Part shown: piece after piece, positions 59,195 through 64,000 of the stretch
Layout of the letters: each line of letters starts with the position of its first letter
Position numbering within the stretch: the first letter of the stretch is position 1
Source: Camelus dromedarius
Lineage: Eukaryota
Assembly: GCF_036321535.1 (NCBI RefSeq)
Contig: NC_087451.1
Span: 49,786,001-49,850,000 of the forward strand
Length of the DNA stretch: 64,000 nt
Reading direction: 5' to 3'
Notes under the pieces: generated by a model
The model's database searches: none
Told to the model about the DNA's origin: nothing
Seen by the model: only the letters and a program-made list of their open reading frames with translations
Made by a program: the position numbers and the translations under genes

Positions 59195-61129
59195 GCAAGG
59201 ACAAGGGTGGGGAAGGGCTGCTTGGTCTTGGGGGGACCTGGGGGGGGGTCAAGAGGATATCTGAGATCATGAGAGGGACGGGCAGCATCTTATCCACCGA
59301 AAGGCGATGATTGAGGACCAAACGGCAGTTGTCACTGCAAGTCAGGCCCTGTTACGGTGCGTGCAAGTGTTGTTAAAACCCCTGGACCACAGAGAGATGG
59401 CAAAGATGATAACTTCAAGCCATATTCGCTGCAGCCGAATCCCCATGTGACCACCCCCGCCAGAAACAACAGCAAGTAAAACAGTGTCATAAGTTCACTG
59501 ATTTGGGGGATTTAGCCAGGCTAACTCATTAAAACAATTTATTTTAGTTCCTCCCTGAGTGAGTAAGGTGGACAAGTCATTTGCTCCGCGGGAACTCCCC
59601 TCTTCCACCTGTAGAGTAGGAATACGCAGACCTGCCCTCCTTCTCCCACAGGACTCCTCAATTTAGACCACCAGAATGGCTGGCGGTGCTTTCTGAACAC
59701 AAAAGCGTTACACAAATACATACGGGAGGGAGTGTTTATGAACAGGCAAATGTGGGCTTAACGTATTTTGCAAGAACATTCTCCCCTTAGGGAATCCTTC
59801 GTGCCTATTGTTATTCTAAAAGTCTCAGCTTATGCGATAGAATCCAAAGTGCCACTTTCTGAATCAGTGCCCATGTGCGAGGGACTCAGAGTTCTTCCGG
59901 CTCTTCAGCCTAAGAACCTGTGTGCCGCTCACCTCCCCGCAGCCCCAGCTCTTGAACGGACGCTTGGCCTCCCTTTGGCGTTTGATAATCACCGTTCTCT
60001 TCCAGAGCCAGGGGCCTAATTACCACCCCTGCTTATGGTTCCTGCCGATTCAAACGGCAGGATCGTTAAGCTTCATAGCATCCTTCTTCTTTTTTTCTAA
60101 ATCAGAATATCTAATCTGCAGGCTAGAGCCTCTCTGTGTTATTCCAGCTTCACCCAAGTACATGTTGGAGTTGTGATTTTGCTGAGATGTTCTTGGACTT
60201 GTTCTCCAAGCACTTACTGTGTTGGTCTATTTATTAACTTCTATTTGAGGGCCAATAATAACAAGCTGGCTTGGAAGCTGGATTTGCTGCCAGGCCACCC
60301 GCACGCATGGTGTTAGGTGGACAGAACAGCTCCCAGAGACCCCAGGGAGTCCAGCTGCCGTTCCCAGGCCCAGCCCAGGAGGCCTGAGCCCTACCCTAAT
60401 TCCAGCTGCCTTCCCTGAGTGCATGCCGCACACAGGGCTGGCTTCTCCTGTGCGCTTTATCATCTTCAAACCTCACGATCATTGTGGAAGTGTGGGCATT
60501 CATATCCTCATTTCTAGATGGAGAAACTGAAGACCAGTGAATGAAAATAATTTGTCCAAAGGCATCCAGAGGAACCAGATCTTGCATCCAGATTGGTTAC
60601 GAATTTTCAAAAACCTCAGCTGTGTAAACCCAAACCACCAATCTAAAACTGACAAATGATGAAATAACTGTTTCAGAGACCTCATACGAAAGCTCAAGGC
60701 TTTTATTTTACATACAGGTCTAGTCACCTGGTTTTCTGATTCCATAATGGAGTGAAAATAGAAGGAATGTGGTGGGAAGCGACAAGAAGGGGCCCCCACC
60801 AGCAGTCGGAAGTAAGAACCTGGTTGTGGTACCTGGTTAACAACATGCTGACAACCTGGCACTGTAGGAGAGGACAAAAGAAAATGTCAAAGCACAACTG
60901 ACTCATAAAGAAACGCAAGAATTTGGGGTCATTTAGTATAGGAGCGAAAACACCATCAGTTGCTGGAGAAGACATCATTCCTCTAGCCCAGACCAACACC
61001 TGAGGCATCCTTAAGATTAGAACAAAGGGACATGAATTATGCATTCTAGAACGAGTTCCAGGGGAAAAAAATGTAGTTAAAATAAACACCCTTTTTAGGG
61101 CTTCAACAAATATGCTCAGTCATCTTCAA

Positions 61130-61820
61130 AATCAGCTTATGCGGAGTGTTGGTGAGAATGCAGGGAAGTGGAAATCCTTGGGCGCTGTTGGCGGGGATGT
61201 AAAATGGTTCAGCGTTGTGGGAAACAGTGTGGCAGGTCCTCAAAATATTAAACCTAGAATGACCACGTGATCCCACAATTCCACTTCTGGGCATGTAGCC
61301 CAAAGAATTGAAAGCAGGGAAGGGTTCAAAGAGATCGTGGTACACCCATGTTCATTGCAGCATTATTCACAATAGCTAAAAGGTGGAAGCAACCCCAGTG
61401 TCCATCGACAGGTGGGTAAACAAAAAGAGGCAGATACGTATAATGGAATGTTAGTCAGCCTTCAAAAGGAAGGAAATCCCGACATGCNNNNNNNNNNNNN
61501 NNNNNNNNNNNNNNNNNNNNNNNNNNNNNNNNNNNNNNNNNNNNNNNNNNNNNNNNNNNNNNNNNNNNNNNNNNNNNNNNNNNNNNNNNNNNNNNNNNNN
61601 NNNNNNNNNNNNNNNNNNNNNNNNNNNNNNNNNNGGTGGGGGGGAATGAGAATTAACGTTTAACAAGTATAGAGTTTCTTTCAGTTTTACAAGATTAAAA
61701 AAAGTTGTCCGAATGGATGGTGGTGATGGTTGCACATTATGAATGTATTTACTACCTCTGAACTGGGCACTTAGAAATGGTTAAGATGGTTAATTTTTTG
61801 TGTATTTTACTACAGGTTTT
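61130..61820 (+). mobile_element. L1MB-like 3' fragment (partly N)
   Basis: gtgttggtgagaatgcagg..cccacaattccacttctggg..cccatgttcattgcagcattattcacaatagc..ggatggtggtgatggttgcaca. Confidence 0.85.
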
Positions 61821-62171
61821 TTTTTTTAAAAAAAATCAACTTAGGTGCAATGGCCTCACCCCTCAAGTGGGTATGTGAGTTATTACTGAAATTAAAGTTT
61901 AAAATCCTGCAAATTCTTCCTGCTTAGCACCAAGGTAATGTGGAGAGAGACCATGAGACCATTTTGTGAAATTTTAACACAAAATAATCAAACAGAAGTG
62001 GGGTGAGAGATGGTGGAACACACGCTTGGGTGCTGGTCATGGGAGTGTCCCTCATTCTCTGCGACGGAAAGGCGACAGCTTCCGTCGGGATTCCAGGTGT
62101 TAGCACAAGAGGCATCCGTGGGCAGTTCTGCACCTTGTAATGGGCTCTCTTCCTCCTGCGTTTTCATCCAG

Positions 62172-62320
62172 GTTGCCTTTTTCCTCTATAATGGGGTGTC
62201 GCTGGACCAATTTGTGCTGCAGGTCACCCACCCACGATACCTGAAGAACTCACTGGTTTACCATCCACAGCTCCGAGCACAGGCTTGGCGTTACCTGACA
62301 TACATCTTCATGCATGCAGG
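62172..62320 (+). CDS. RHBDL3: RHBDL3 coding exon 5 (VAFFLYNG..AWRYLTYIFMHAG; rhomboid L1 loop with WR motif)
   Basis: Acceptor ttttcatccag, donor GG|GTGAGT; rhomboid WR motif; the gene continues beyond the window. Confidence 0.95.
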
Positions 62321-63624
62321 GTGAGTGCCTGTCTTCTTTCACTCTGTCAGGAGTCCCTATGGGAGAATAAGTGGTCCAGCTAGCCTGGATTGAAATATAT
62401 TTTTTAGTTTATTTTTATTCTACCCGGACACAGGATTTGAGCAGCTCCTTGAAACTCATCTAATACCAAAACATATGAGTAAATTATGAAGAGGGTATGG
62501 GCAAAGGGAAACAGAGGGAGGAGGATGCTAAAAGCCAGCAGTGAGATCAGCACACACATACACATGTAATTCTGTATACTTGCTAGAAGTGGGTTACAGA
62601 TTTATTCTGAGCTTCCTAGTGGCCAAAGCAAAGAGGGAAATGTGGTCAGCCACCAGGTTCATTGTCCATAAACTGTGTGTGTGAGTGCCCCCATAAGTGA
62701 AATAAAGGACAGTTTTATTGAAACCACCTCCCTTGCAAGGAGATCTCCATATATGGTGACGTTAGTCTTCTTGAGGCACTCTGGCAATGCTTATTGCTTC
62801 TGTTTATGGAGCCACGTGGCCTCTTTTGGGGCCTAGAGTGCAGTCAGTTCTCACTGGTGCCTTTTACCCACAATAAGGACCTCCTGGCTGGCCAGGTGCC
62901 CACCCAGCTCCAAGTCCCTTGAAGAGCATGATCTTGGCTGGAGACTGTTTTTATGTAGGAGAAGCGTGGAGTTGGGATATCAGAGTCCTCAGACACGAGA
63001 GCTCTCCATTGTTTTCTACCGAGTCTCTAGAGAAGTGAAGGAGCTCATTGTTAGCCTGGGAAAAGCCCTGGGGGTGCCTGTTCCTGGGGTTGCAAATGGG
63101 CAGAGGGTCACCCTGGCCCCCATGGCTCCATCATTCCCTTTCCTTGGCAGAAAGACCTATAGTGGCCAAGAAGAAGCTCCACTGTGAGACTCCCTTCCCA
63201 CTGAGCCTCTAAAGCGGGCACAAGAGCCACCCCTAATTGGCTGCACTTGCTGGGGAGGGGGCTTTGGGTGAGGAGACATCGCGATGGTTGCCAACGGATG
63301 TCTCCACTCTGAGCCTAAGGAGATGGTGGGCCCGGGGTGTTTGCCTTGCCTTCTGTGTCCTGGCCTCGACCTCACGGGGCTTAGGAGAGGAGGTGGGGGG
63401 CCACTTTGTGCTTCCATTTTCTCATGAGCCAGAATCTGGATGCAGCAGGAACTGGGGGACAACTTTGATTTACTAAGTTCTACGAGATATCTTTCATGCT
63501 TGCACTTGTTTGGAAAACATCTTTCTCTTTAAATATCAGTAGCTCTTACAAATATAGTAGCAAGCCAGAGTGACTGAGTGGCCTGGATAATGGAGCAGGT
63601 CCTGCACATCAGAGACCTGGGCCA

Positions 63625-63715
63625 TGGCCCCAGCCCAGCCACTACCCAGCTGTGTGACTTTACACTGGTCAGTGCCCCTCTCTGAGCCTTAGCTTCTCTT
63701 GTGTCAACTGATGGA
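63625..63715 (+). mobile_element. MIR SINE fragment
   Basis: cagccactacccagctgtgtgactttacac..ctctgagccttagcttc. Confidence 0.6.
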
Positions 63716-63879
63716 GTTGCTGGATCTTGCCCATGGTTGGCCCCTCTCACTCTGGCAAGTGCAGACACTGCCAGTCACCACCCAGGCCCCATACCTGTGT
63801 TCCTGTCCCGACTGGTGGGGAGGGTGTGGAAGGAACCCTCTTTCCAAGATGATCTGTCTGCATTGTAATTCCTCCCCTC

Positions 63880-63969
63880 CCTTTCGCACCGCCACCCAGA
63901 CTGTGAGCTTCTCAAAGGCAGGTGTAAGGTCTTCTTCACTACTAGGTCTCCAGCGTCTTGGCGTGCTGA
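63880..63969 (+). mobile_element. L2 3' end fragment
   Basis: cagactgtgagcttctcaaaggcagg..tctccagcg..gctgaa. Confidence 0.55.
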
Positions 63970-63996
63970 ATGCATGCATGCATGCATGCATGCATG
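63970..63996. repeat. (ATGC)n tetranucleotide microsatellite
   Basis: Six ATGC units plus ATG, uninterrupted. Confidence 0.95.
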
Positions 63997-64000
63997 TGGT

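Overview
Mammalian genomic DNA, most likely camelid: it carries six copies of a tRNA-Ala-derived SINE matching the camelid vic-1 family. Positions 1 to about 11.75 kb are the last intron and 3' UTR of RHOT1 (Miro1, + strand). Its terminal coding exon is inferred to lie under the N-run at 10645-10784. About 12-39 kb is repeat-rich intergenic DNA (near-full-length Tigger1, L1, L2, MIR, MER, MLT1F). From a CpG island at about 39-40.4 kb to the window end lies the 5' half of RHBDL3 (+ strand), with five coding exons: 39670-39780, 41315-41338, 55158-55316, 58970-59194 and 62172-62320. These encode the EF-hand-like N-terminus, TM1 and the WR loop. Almost all other entries in the ORF track are non-coding noise. 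I found no convincing new multi-gene system. The best leads are regulatory or splicing features: a promoter-like motif cluster around RHBDL3 exon 3, a GC-AG intron with a competing in-frame GT, a 24-nt microexon, a strong-Kozak uORF, a dense E-box cluster about 11 kb upstream, tandem Pumilio sites in the RHOT1 3' UTR, an L2-tail-derived UGCAUG array, and a 27-nt L1 insertion with a perfect TSD. Gene and repeat names come from recalled sequences, not database searches.
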